A DNA stretch of 32,584 nt from Octopus bimaculoides (taxonomy: Eukaryota): the NCBI RefSeq assembly GCF_001194135.2, contig NC_068987.1:76544001-76576584 (forward strand), written 5' to 3'. The notes under the pieces were generated by a model. It worked only from the letters and a program-made list of their open reading frames with translations. It ran no database searches and had not been told where the DNA came from. Below, piece by piece: positions 1 to 9,324 of this stretch. The position numbers and the translations under genes are program-made. Each line of letters opens with the position of its first letter. The stretch's first letter is position 1.

Positions 1-1
1 A

Positions 2-56
2 ATACCCGGATGCAGTACCATGCCCGGATGCAGTACCATGCCCGGATGCAGTACCA
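2..56 (+). repeat. 18-bp tandem repeat x3 (atgcccggatgcagtacc)
   Basis: Read directly; may continue upstream of the window. Confidence 0.9.
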
Positions 57-444
57 GGCAGTGGCTCTCCTGGCTTCTGATCTTAATTGATTGGAGGTGT
101 TATCATGTACATTGTTTTGTCTTGGTATAAAAGATGGGCTACAACAAATATTCTGCTTAATACCACAGATTTGGTTGTCACTTGTTTGACCTTAACCAGT
201 TGAGCATGTCCCTTGGTGGCTGACGATATGTGCATCTCTGATCACGAGCAGAAGTAGTGGGGGAGCATTATAGCCATGTGTTGAGAGGAATTCTTTGGGG
301 TTTGAATAATTCACCTTTCGAAACATGGGTGTTTTGCTCAACATCCTTAAACAAACCTTATCCAGGGCCCTTTTGAGAGGGATGGGCTACTCGACCTCAA
401 TACAATTCTAATTGGGCCCCAACTGCAAGGTCATGCGCTGTTTA

Positions 445-680
445 TCTTATTTCTTTATTGCCCACAAGGGGCTAAATATAGAGGAGACAAACAAGGACAG
501 ACAAAGGTATTAAGTCGATTACACCGACCCCAGTGCGTAACTGGTACTTAATTTATCGACCCCGAAAGGATGAAAGGCAAAGTCAACTTTGGCGGAATTT
601 GAACTCAGAACGTAACGGTAGACGAAATACCGCTAAGCATTTCACCCGACGCGCTAACGATTCTGCCAACTTGCCGCCTT
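445..680 (-). mobile_element. tRNA-derived SINE, family A (central domain resembling Meta/MESC-type SINE domains), full length
   Basis: Minus strand begins aaggcggcaagttggcagaatcgttagcgcg, carries the core gactttgcctttcatcctttcggggtcgataaattaagtaccagt and ends aataaagaaataaga. Short TSD (tt)atctt. Many paralogous copies in the window. Confidence 0.85.
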
Positions 681-855
681 ATCTTGATATGAGACTACGC
701 GCTGTTTATCTTGATATGAGACTATTATGTTGCGCAGATATGGTTGTGATGCATGTGCCTGGTGTACCCTTATCAGACAGGTAGTCATGATGGGTATACT
801 GGGCTTCATATATTTTACCCCAGTGTCACTTTGATGGCATGCCCTGCTCTCTCAC

Positions 856-857
<2 letters not shown>

Positions 858-947
<90 letters not shown>
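858..947 (+). repeat. (AAT)n microsatellite
   Basis: About 30 units, read directly. Confidence 0.95.
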
Positions 948-948
<1 letters not shown>

Positions 949-1058
949 TATGGTACCCTAGTCATAATGCCGACTTGATCTTCTAACTTGTCTCTTGAGG
1001 TCTCTGGTTGAGACTTGGAGTCAACTTGTACAAATACAAAACAAAGGCCAAACATATG
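948..1058 (+). mobile_element. Short 5'-truncated 3' end of a probable R4/Dong-type LINE between two (AAT)n tracts
   Basis: About 110 bp unique island flanked by (AAT)n on both sides. The motif gaggtctctggttgagacttggag resembles Rex6/R4-type 3' UTRs (from recall). Confidence 0.4.
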
Positions 1059-1143
<85 letters not shown>

Positions 1144-1157
1144 CAACAACAATAATA
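1058..1157 (+). repeat. (AAT)n/(AAC)n microsatellite
   Basis: Read directly. Confidence 0.95.
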
Positions 1158-2962
1158 ACGGTACTGTACAGCATGATAGATAAAACAATGAACATGTTTG
1201 GAATGGCAGAAAATAGGGAGAAAATGGTTAATGAAAGTATGAAACATTGGAATACTGAATTGATTGGAGGGAAACAGAGATTTGAAAAAGTGAACATCAG
1301 ATGTGGAATATTTCAAGATGATAGCTTATCTCCACTACTATTTGTATTGGTTATGATACCGCTCAGTTTGATATTGCGAAAAGTTAAAATAGCTTACGAT
1401 TTGGGAATAGGATATGGTCAGATAAATCATCTCATTTTTATGGATGATATAAAGATTTACGCAAAAAATGAGAAACAGATTGAAAGTCTCATACACACTG
1501 TCCGCATTTTCGCAAATGATGGAGGTATGGTATTTGAGATGGAAAAGTGCGCTATGTTCAAAATGAAACGAAGAAGATTTGAAGTAAGCCAGGGAACTGA
1601 AATTCTAAATGAGCGAGCAATAAAATGGGCAGTGGTATATGTATTTGGGGATACTGGAAGCAGATGAAATAAAACATGAAGAAATGAAACAAATTACCAG
1701 TAGAAAGAGAACACAAGCAAAGTCAGAAAATTATTGCAGTCAAAGCTGCATGCAGAAAATATGATTGAAGCAACAAATGCAAGAACAGTACTCTTAATCA
1801 GATATGGAGTTGGAATTGTAGACTGGATCAAAAACGATATAAAGAAACTTGACAGAAAAACTAGAAAGTTGTTGACAATGTATGGAGCCCATCATCCAAA
1901 AGCTGATATCAACCGACTGTATTTGAAGAGAGACCAGGATGGAAGAGGCTTAATTGCCGTAGAAGAGTGTGTACAGAGGGAAATAGAAAACCTATTAGAG
2001 TAATTACAGAGCAGCACAGAGAAACTGCTAAAGACAAGGAAGAAAGAACAGGTGATCAAGTGTGGAATAGGAGAAAAGGAAAAGAATGAAATTCAAAGAC
2101 AACACAATTGATAGGTTGAAGAGAAACCTCTGCATGGTCAAATTTGGAGAGCCACTGGAATTGTATGTGGAACAAAATCCTGGGCTTGGTAAAAAAAAGA
2201 GCGGGGTAATTACAAAAAGAAACAGAACCTAATTGTAGCAGCCTAGGATGAAGTGATAAAAACAAATAATTTAAGGAAAAATGTATCAGAAAAATGTAGA
2301 ATTTGGAACTTGGAACAAGACTATAGCACTCACTGTTGCAGAATATTCCAAGTTGGCATAGGAAGAATATAAGAAATGGAGGCACGATCAAGTAGTAAAA
2401 GTTCACATTGGAAGCTTTGCCAGGAATGGGGGATTTGAAGCTGGGGACACATGGTATGAACATCGGGTCGAAAGAGTGCTGGAGTCGAAGAACTGCAAAA
2501 TTCTGTGGGACTTTCCTATTCAAACAGACAAGAAGCTAGAAAATAATAGGTCAGGCATAACAATAATAAGAAAGGGAAAGCAAAGTAGCTTACTAATTGA
2601 TCCATCATGTCCGTTTGATTCTAGGATCGTAAAGAAAGAAGACGAAAATCAAAGTAAATAGAATCCCTTAAAATTTGAAATTGCAAGAATTTGGAATATG
2701 AAAATTGTAAAAGTTGTGCTTATAATAATTGGTACAGTAAGAACTGTGACTAGAGATATAGACAAATGGCTGAAGAAAATTGGAATAGAATGCCCTGTAG
2801 AGAGCTTCTACAGTAAGTTTGCTTCTTAGGGATGGGAAAAAATTATCAAAATGGTCTTAAGCGCTTGAAAGGCTATTGAAAGATTGTGGATACCTGAGAT
2901 TACAGTTGTAATCTATAATCTATAAATTCTATCAGGAATAAGAAAAAATCTGAGTCAAATCA
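1158..2962 (+). mobile_element. 5'-truncated, degenerate R4/Dong-clade RLE non-LTR retrotransposon (RT C-half, zinc knuckle, RLE endonuclease)
   Basis: RT motifs GIFQDDSLSPLLF and INHLIFMDDIKIYAKNE; RLYLKRDQDGRGL; decayed CRI..TIAH knuckle near 2295; RLE region KILWDFPIQTDKKLENNRSG..LIDPSCPFD..KFEIARIWNMK..IIIGT. Multiple stops and frameshifts. Stop near 2867, then 3' UTR and (GAT)n/(AAT)n tail. Confidence 0.9.
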
Positions 2963-3037
2963 ATGATGATGGCGATGATGATGATGATTATGATGATGAT
3001 GATGATGATGAGGATGATGAGGATGATAATAATAATG

Positions 3038-3090
<53 letters not shown>
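2962..3090 (+). repeat. (GAT)n grading into (AAT)n tail
   Basis: Read directly. Confidence 0.95.
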
Positions 3091-3092
<2 letters not shown>

Positions 3093-3354
3093 GGTAACTC
3101 GAATGCGGAGTCTAAAAACAGAAACAATTCCTATCATAGTGGGTACATTAGGTATGATAAAAAATATTCAGACAAATACATAACAAAAACATCAAGACTA
3201 ACATACAGTAAATAGCACTACTAGGCACAACTCACATCCTACGTAAAACACTTTCAATACAGTAACAATAAGAACGTCACAGCAAACCACAGCACATGCC
3301 CAAGTCACACAGAGCTCGGTAGTGCAGTGAAAACACGTTATAAAAATAAGACTA

Positions 3355-3357
<3 letters not shown>
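3091..3357 (+). mobile_element. 3' end of a second R4/Dong-type LINE family (RLE C-terminus plus 3' UTR)
   Basis: Translates KVTRMRSLKTETIPIIVGTLGMIK...IALLGTTHILRKTLSIQ*. The 3' UTR recurs at 31572-31670 on the minus strand. Confidence 0.85.

Positions 3358-3437
<80 letters not shown>
3358..3437 (+). repeat. (AAT)n microsatellite (LINE tail/target)
   Basis: Read directly. Confidence 0.95.
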
Positions 3438-3449
3438 GTATTGCGATAC

Positions 3450-3679
3450 CAGCATATTGATGGGTCGGTGGTGTACCAACGCGGCTTGTCTCTCCACCTC
3501 ATGTTCAGTTTCCATGGTTCTTCCTTCCATTTGTGGACGACATATTGCTTGGCATGTTCGCGATGGTTTGCTCCTTTAACTATTCCATTGTGGACTTGAG
3601 AAAACCTGCTCGGATTTTGACGATACATTAGCGTGTGACTATCCTTCTCTTTTTCTGTTTCTTGAAGGATGGAATAAAC
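3450..3679 (-). CDS. Putative exon 4 of an unidentified spliced gene (230 nt)
   Basis: Acceptor ...tgtatcactacag. Open frame VYSILQETEKEKDSHTLMYRQNPSRFSQVHNGIVKGANHREHAKQYVVHKWKEEPWKLNMRWRDKPRWYTTDPSIC; the other two frames have stops. The 3' boundary (donor gtatcg) is uncertain. Confidence 0.6.
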
Positions 3680-3750
3680 CTGTAGTGATACATTTGTTTT
3701 TTATTTAAAACATTTTTTTTATAGTTTCAGTTATATTGTCAAATACATAC

Positions 3751-3782
3751 TTCCTCGCCAGCTTGTTCATGCTCAAATTTTG
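3751..3782 (-). CDS. Putative exon 3 (32-nt micro-exon, phase 1 to 0)
   Basis: Acceptor ttgtttgtaataacaag, donor gtatgt. Encodes KFEHEQAGEE in frame with exon 4 across a 71-nt intron. Confidence 0.55.
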
Positions 3783-3855
3783 CTTGTTATTACAAACAAA
3801 TACAAAACAACTAGTTAGCCTGTAGTTTTCTTAATTTGGAAGGGGAAACATTTAC

Positions 3856-3911
3856 AGCTTTGCACTGTATTAAGTGAGTTGTGAATTTCTCTAACTTTGG
3901 TAATGTTTATG
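3856..3911 (-). CDS. Putative exon 2 (56 nt, phase 2 to 1)
   Basis: Acceptor cttattgttatag, donor gtaaat. Only one frame is open (INITKVREIHNSLNTVQS) and it matches both neighbours' phases. 73-nt downstream intron. Confidence 0.5.
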
Positions 3912-4006
3912 CTATAACAATAAGATTTTGCATGAGTTTTTGCAAGAGTGTATGTATTTTCATTAATAGTATGTTTTTCATTTTTGTTTTTTGGTTTTAC
4001 TTTTAC

Positions 4007-4078
4007 CTAATTTGGCAGCGTGTTTTACTGACATAAACACGTTGAATATCAGTTGACACAATAAGCTGTTCAAAATAT
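4007..4078 (-). CDS. Putative exon 1 of the cluster (72 nt, phase 2 to 2)
   Basis: Acceptor actttttcag, donor gtaaaa. Encodes YFEQLIVSTDIQRVYVSKTRCQI. 95-nt downstream intron. Confidence 0.5.
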
Positions 4079-4610
4079 CTGAAAAAGTTTCAGCTTAATA
4101 AGAAAGAAAATTAATTAAGAAAAAACTTAGCGTTCGCGTTTCTTTAGTAAATTGCAAACGAATTAAAACAGGAAAAGTCACCTAAATTTTAAAAGTATTC
4201 ACAAAGGGTAATCATTAATTTAGAGAAGCTTTGAAAAAATAAAAATAAATAAATAAATAATTAATAAGGGTCTTGTCACATTAGTTTCTTAATTAGACAC
4301 AAGGTTAACAACTTTTGAGAAAAGGGTTTCCTCTTAATGCAAAATATATGTGTTCATATTCTTTTTGTTGTTGTTTGATATCAGTGCGCATACGTGTGTG
4401 AAAAAGAGAGTGCCTTTTACCCAAATTAGACAAAAAATAATCATTCCAATAATTTCTTAATTAACTTTATAATGATCTTTGCAATGCGACACAGAAAAGA
4501 AATCGGAACGAAAGAAAATGATCCCTGTTACAAGATTAAAGTGTAGAAATTTCTTGTCAGGTCAAGAAACATTAGTAACAATGACGACGACGACGACAAC
4601 AACAACAATA

Positions 4611-4825
4611 ATCCTCTCTACTATAGACACAAGGCCTGAAATTTGGGGGGAGGGGTACGTCGATTGCATCGACCCCAGTGCACACCTAGTACTTATTTTA
4701 TCGACCCTGAAAGGATGAAAGGCAAAGTCGATCTCGGCAGGATTAGAACTCAGAACGTGAAGACGGATGAAATGCTGCTAGGCATTTTGCCTGGCGTGCT
4801 AACCACTCTGCCACTTCGCTGCCTT
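4611..4825 (-). mobile_element. SINE family A, variant 3' tail
   Basis: Same head and core as 445-680 (tttatcgaccctgaaaggatgaaaggcaaagtcg on +). Confidence 0.85.
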
Positions 4826-4855
4826 ACCACCACCACCACCACCACCACCACCTCC

Positions 4856-5345
4856 ACAAAGTCTGCATCGGCCGTTACGTTTTACTGGTTTTCCTGCATC
4901 TGTTTCTCTTTTGTGCATCAGGTATTCCTGTTCCTGGATTGCAAACGCATACACTTCAAAGTGGAAGGTAGTATTCAGGCTATTTGTCCATGATAGTTTG
5001 CTTTGATTATCAATGTCACTATCATCTCGGAGCTTTCGACTAACATATCCATGCATAGTCTTCTGCTCATCTTTTCATTCGATGATGCGTTGCAGTAGAG
5101 TCGTGCGACTTTTTTGGGCATGTATGTATTCAGGTTACCAGACAAGGAATGTTGCTCAAGGAGCTGCCTTCCAAGTCTTATGATGTTATCAACCTCATGT
5201 ATGCAAACTTGGTCAAGGAATACCCGTCGACACTTGGTGGTGAAAAGATGTTGCCGAAGGCATATGATACGACATTCAAAGGCATTTTGGATCGATGTTA
5301 AACCTCTGCCGCCTTGTTTTCGTTTTAGGTAGAGACGGTCTACGT
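4856..5345 (-). mobile_element. Internal fragment of an R4/Dong-like RLE LINE
   Basis: Minus strand reads RLYLKRKQGGRGLTSIQNAFECR...HGYVSRKL...FAIQEQEYL...RCRLCG; truncated at the zinc knuckle by a (CAC)n tract. Confidence 0.8.
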
Positions 5346-5439
5346 TACTGTTTATGTGGAAATTATGTGTGCTTGTATGTATGTATGTATGTATGTATGT
5401 ATGTATGTATGTATGTATGTATGTACGTATGTATGTATA

Positions 5440-5750
5440 TCTTTTATCTTCTACTTGTTTTAGTGATAAGCCTTGCTGGGGCCTTGCTGGGGCACCGCCT
5501 TTTAAAATTTTAGTTGGACAAGTCGTCCCATTCCAACCCGCCAGTACTTATTTGTTTTCTTTTAAAGCCTGATTTACATTCTTTCGGACTCTTTTACCGA
5601 ACAACTAGGTTACGGGCACGTAAATAAACCAACACCGGTTGCCAAGCGGTTACGGTTAGGTGGGGAGGCAAATACAAACTTAAAGATAGACACACGCACA
5701 CACATGCCAAATCCACTCATGAGCTTTGGTCGACCCAAGATTATATTCTT
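5440..5750 (-). mobile_element. Degenerate SINE family B (CORE-like) fragment
   Basis: Similar to 29731-30130 (gccttgctggggcaccgcc; ccaaatccactca..tttggtcg). Confidence 0.65.
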
Positions 5751-6009
5751 CTTGGATTTTTTAACTTCTTTCAGTCATTTGACTGCGGCCATGCTGGAGC
5801 AAAGCCATAAAGGTTCTTACAAGAAGAAATCGACTCCAGGACTTTTTATGCTATTAATTATTCTATCAGTTCTTTTTGCCGAACCGCCAAGTTAAGGGGA
5901 CATAAAGACACCATCGGTTGTCAAGCAATGTGGGGGATACAGATACAAATATACACACACATAAATATATACATACACACACACATGTGTATGTATGTAT
6001 GTATGTATG

Positions 6010-6052
<43 letters not shown>

Positions 6053-6061
6053 TAAAAAAAG

Positions 6062-6384
6062 AGCACTCCGTCGGTTACGACAACGAAGGTCCAAGCTGAT
6101 ACGATCAACAGAACGGCCTGCTCATGAAATTAGCGTGCAAGTGGCTGAGCAATCCACAGACACGTGTACTATTAACGTAGTTCTCTGGGAGATTGAGCGT
6201 GACACATCGTGTGACAAGGCTGGCCCTTTGAAATACAGGTACAACTCATTCTTGCCAGCTGAGTTGACTGGAGCAACGCGAAATAAAGTGTCTTGCTCAA
6301 GGACACAACGCATCGCCGGGAATTGAACTCACGACCTTACGATCATGGGCCGAATGCCTTAAACATTAATCCACGCGCCTTCAC
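6062..6384 (-). mobile_element. tRNA-derived SINE, family C variant
   Basis: Shares gaaattagcgtgcaagtggctgagc..ccacagacacgtgt with 13232-13520, 23877-24214 and 25335-25672. Confidence 0.8.
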
Positions 6385-6650
6385 TATATATGTCTATATA
6401 GAAATTTTTCTCCACCCTTTTCCTTCCGGTCATTCCAATATGTGACCGCGTGTGCATCGTTGGCGATTTTCTTTCTCTGTCTTCCCTTCTTTGGACTTTT
6501 CCTATAGTTCTGACGAAGATCTCTGATCGAAACGTTAAATCTCCTTTCTTTTCTTCCCTTTCCTGAGCGTCCAATAACAATATACTTATTCCACGTCCTC
6601 GCGTTGTTTTTTCGTGTATTTTCTTGTTTGTTCATGTTTAAATTGACTAT
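6385..6650 (+). mobile_element. Solo Penelope-like pseudo-LTR-like segment
   Basis: Shares cttccggtca, ctgacgaaga, cgaaacgt and ctgagcgtc in the same order with 7640-7900, which lies downstream of a GIY-YIG remnant. Confidence 0.6.
6504..6542 (+). ncRNA. Minimal type I hammerhead ribozyme-like motif
   Basis: CTGACGA-A-GATC[TCT]GATC-GAAA-C-GT-T: intact core, 4-bp stem II, ACGT palindromic stem III, partial stem I. Confidence 0.55.
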
Positions 6651-7004
6651 ATACATACATACATACATACACACTCACACTCATATATACGACGGGATTC
6701 TTTCAGTTACCGTTTACCAAATCCACTCACAAGTCTTTAGTCGGCCCGAGGCTACAGTAGAAGAATATCGCCCAAGGTTCACTCAGTGGGACTGAACTCC
6801 GAACCATGTGGTCGGGAAGCAAGCTTCTGACCACAGAGCCACGCCTGGAGCTCCACACAGCCACGCCTACGCCTCCACATAGCCATGCCTGCTCCTACTA
6901 TAGTAGAAAACACTTGCACAAGGACCATGTGGTAAGGAACTTTGGACCATGTGGTAAGGAAGCAAACTTCTTACTACACAGCTGTGCTTATCCACCTGCA
7001 TAAA

Positions 7005-7898
7005 AGTAATCCCATAGCCAGTCATTTTTACTCTGCTGGCTACTCCATGCATACCTTAATGTTTTCGGCCTGACCTTGCACCATGGATCCATTACCAATA
7101 GCCTTCGCCTCGAACAGCGCTACACCTTCTCTCTTGGAACCCATATACCGTTTGGACTGGACAACCCCTCCTTTCTGTAACCTCTTCCACATATCTTTTT
7201 AAATTCAATTAAATTAATTAATTTTTTTTACTTAATATCATTTTAAATTTTGATTTAATTTAATCTGTTTTATAGTTTTTATTCATCTTTCACACACATC
7301 GACACACCCATATGCATAGCTTGCGACGCCATATACTACATAAATACCATCCGCGCGCACACACACGTTTCAATATCTTGGCATGTACAAAATCCCCTTA
7401 TCCACATTAATACACAAACTCGCATGCTCAGACATGCATACACACACATATACACCTCCACATACACAAACACATACGTACACACAGTAACATCAACACA
7501 CATACATGTCACCTGGCCTCTCATCACCAAATCTAACTGCTGCCGCTAGCACCACTCCCTTCACACATACATCACTCACATAAACTCAAACACACACGCA
7601 CACAGATACTACCACACAGACACACTCATACACACCGGCCATTTTCGCACTTTCCTGCCTTTAAATGCTACTTTCTCTATTTCTTTCCACTTCCGGTCAC
7701 TTCGGCCAAGTAACCATACACGTGCTTTTCTCCGACTATTCTTTTCCTTCCCTCCGAATCTTTCCTCTTTCTGACGAAGAAGCAATTCTCGAAACGTCAC
7801 ACACACCCTCATTTTTTTTTTATCGTGAACTGAGCGTCATCCCGATACATTCACTGGGTGCGTTCTTTTGGCTTCTGTTGTTTTTGCCTTTCTTTTTG

Positions 7899-7900
<2 letters not shown>
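7005..7900 (+). mobile_element. 3' part of a Penelope-like element: GIY-YIG C-terminus, CA-rich UTR, pseudo-LTR
   Basis: PIASHFYSAGYS / LNVFGLTLHHGSITNSLRLEQRYTFSLGTHIPFGLDNPSFL* (7011-7180, one frameshift) matches the PLE consensus PVAxHF...LEQxLIFxLGTxxPxGLN. Confidence 0.75.
7765..7802 (+). ncRNA. Degenerate hammerhead-like motif in the PLE pseudo-LTR
   Basis: CTGACGA-A-GAAGCAATTCTC-GAAA-C-GT-C: core intact, stems I and II imperfect. Confidence 0.45.
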
Positions 7901-7931
<31 letters not shown>

Positions 7932-8040
7932 CACACACACACATATATATACATACATATACATACATATATACATACATATATGCATATATATATAAGA
8001 TATATATATTTATCAAACTATATTTATATACATATATATA

Positions 8041-8105
<65 letters not shown>

Positions 8106-8310
8106 TGTGTGTGCATGTCTGTGTGTATACGTAGGTAAGTAGATAGTTTGATAAATATATAATACTTGCACACATACATAGATATATACACATACATACA
8201 AACATACATAGATACACACATACATACATACGTAAGTAGATACGTACGTACATACATACATACATACATACATACATGCATGCATGCATACATACATATA
8301 TACGCGTGTA
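7900..8310. repeat. Compound (TACA)n/(TA)n/(TG)n microsatellites
   Basis: Read directly. Confidence 0.9.
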
Positions 8311-8414
8311 GGCAATGTGAGTGAAAGATATGAAATTATTCAATTAACGGACTCCATAACAAATTCGACATACAAAGATCATACAACACTTGAGACTCTC
8401 TCTATACTATCACA

Positions 8415-8418
8415 ACAT

Positions 8419-8477
<59 letters not shown>

Positions 8478-8515
8478 TTATCATTACTATTATTATTATT
8501 ATCATCATTATTATT
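8415..8515. repeat. (TAC)n/(TAT)n microsatellite
   Basis: Read directly. Confidence 0.9.
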
Positions 8516-9110
8516 AAGCCATTAAATCTATTGGCAGACTTACTACTAACATCACGCATGAAAAATCATATAAAATCTTTACTAAACAACCAAATATGAT
8601 ATAATTAATTATAGGTAAAAAAAAAATCCTGTATCCAAAGAGAATTGACGTGGTTTGCGCCGGCACAAATCATATTTATTGGAAAGACTTGAAATTACTT
8701 AAGTTGGGAAGTCGTAATAAAGGGAAATTACCAGCGTTCCAGACAAACTTCCCCCCCGGGGAAAGAGAAAAGTTTTGGTGAGTTCTTTGTGAATAAGAGA
8801 CAAGTCTAGTAATGGCCACAAAATTTCACACAAGTGCCAACCTGTCGTTGTAAAAGACAGGACATGTCAAATATTATGGTCATGGATATCAATGCTTAAA
8901 AGAAGAAAAAAAAAATCGATGAGATGATCACGGTTGGATTGTCTTTGGTCAAAGGCTTGCTTTAAAGCGGATTGAGGCAAATATGATTCTGCTCACCGAT
9001 TCGATGTGGGAGCCTCTAAGTGAGTTGTCGACACTGCTAGAAATAACAGCCGAATCTCGCTTAAATTACACACTCTGTATAGAGCTTCAGTTAGTCAATG
9101 TTGACCATAT

Positions 9111-9281
9111 CAGTGGCGTGGCTAGGGTGTATGCTGATTGGGGCAGCTCTTGATTTTGCCGCTAACCCTGTATCTCCAATTCTATACAGACTTATACAGC
9201 AAGCCCAAAAGGGTCGCCCTCATAAAAGAGTCGGCTGGGACGGAGTGCTCCTTGCCTTCCACCACTGCAGCTACGCTACTG
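9111..9281. mobile_element. 171-bp MITE with CAGTGGCGT-type termini (hAT-like)
   Basis: 5' cagtggcgtggct versus reverse complement of the 3' end cagtagcgtagct (11/13). Flanks gaccatat/gatcagac match 5/8, consistent with a decayed 8-bp TSD. Confidence 0.6.
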
Positions 9282-9324
9282 GATCAGACTTGGCCTATGC
9301 ACATGTATGAATAAGTTCGAACAA

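Larger units (their letters stand above)
1..857 (+). mobile_element. Non-coding repeat, probably the 3' UTR of a non-LTR retroelement ending in an (AAT)n tail; interrupted by a SINE at 445-680
   Basis: Ends abruptly in ...ctctctcactt followed by (AAT)n, like the other 3' ends downstream. No ORF. Family recognised only from memory of octopus repeats. Confidence 0.45.
5760..6850 (-). mobile_element. SINE family B copy split in its internal microsatellite (3' half 5760-5990, 5' half 6680-6850)
   Basis: The two halves match consecutive parts of the intact copy at 29731-30130; other elements lie between them. Confidence 0.7.

Noticed and set aside
1-60. 18-bp repeat as a CRISPR-like array
   Set aside because: No spacers; it is a simple tandem repeat in a eukaryotic element.
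753-1316. Poly-N, poly-I and poly-Y ORFs, and similar low-complexity ORFs throughout the window
   Set aside because: They are translations of tri- and dinucleotide microsatellites.
4126-4182. Possible exon VTFPVLIRLQFTKETRTL upstream of the cluster
   Set aside because: Weak donor (gttttt), the intron would be only 48 nt, and the phase does not fit the preferred frame.
8732-8784. 53-nt minus-strand exon candidate giving ...GGKFVWNA after the DFG exon, reminiscent of GTFPWMA
   Set aside because: All three frames are open, the APE motif cannot follow (the exon ends on a G in phase 1), and an equally good plus-strand donor overlaps it.
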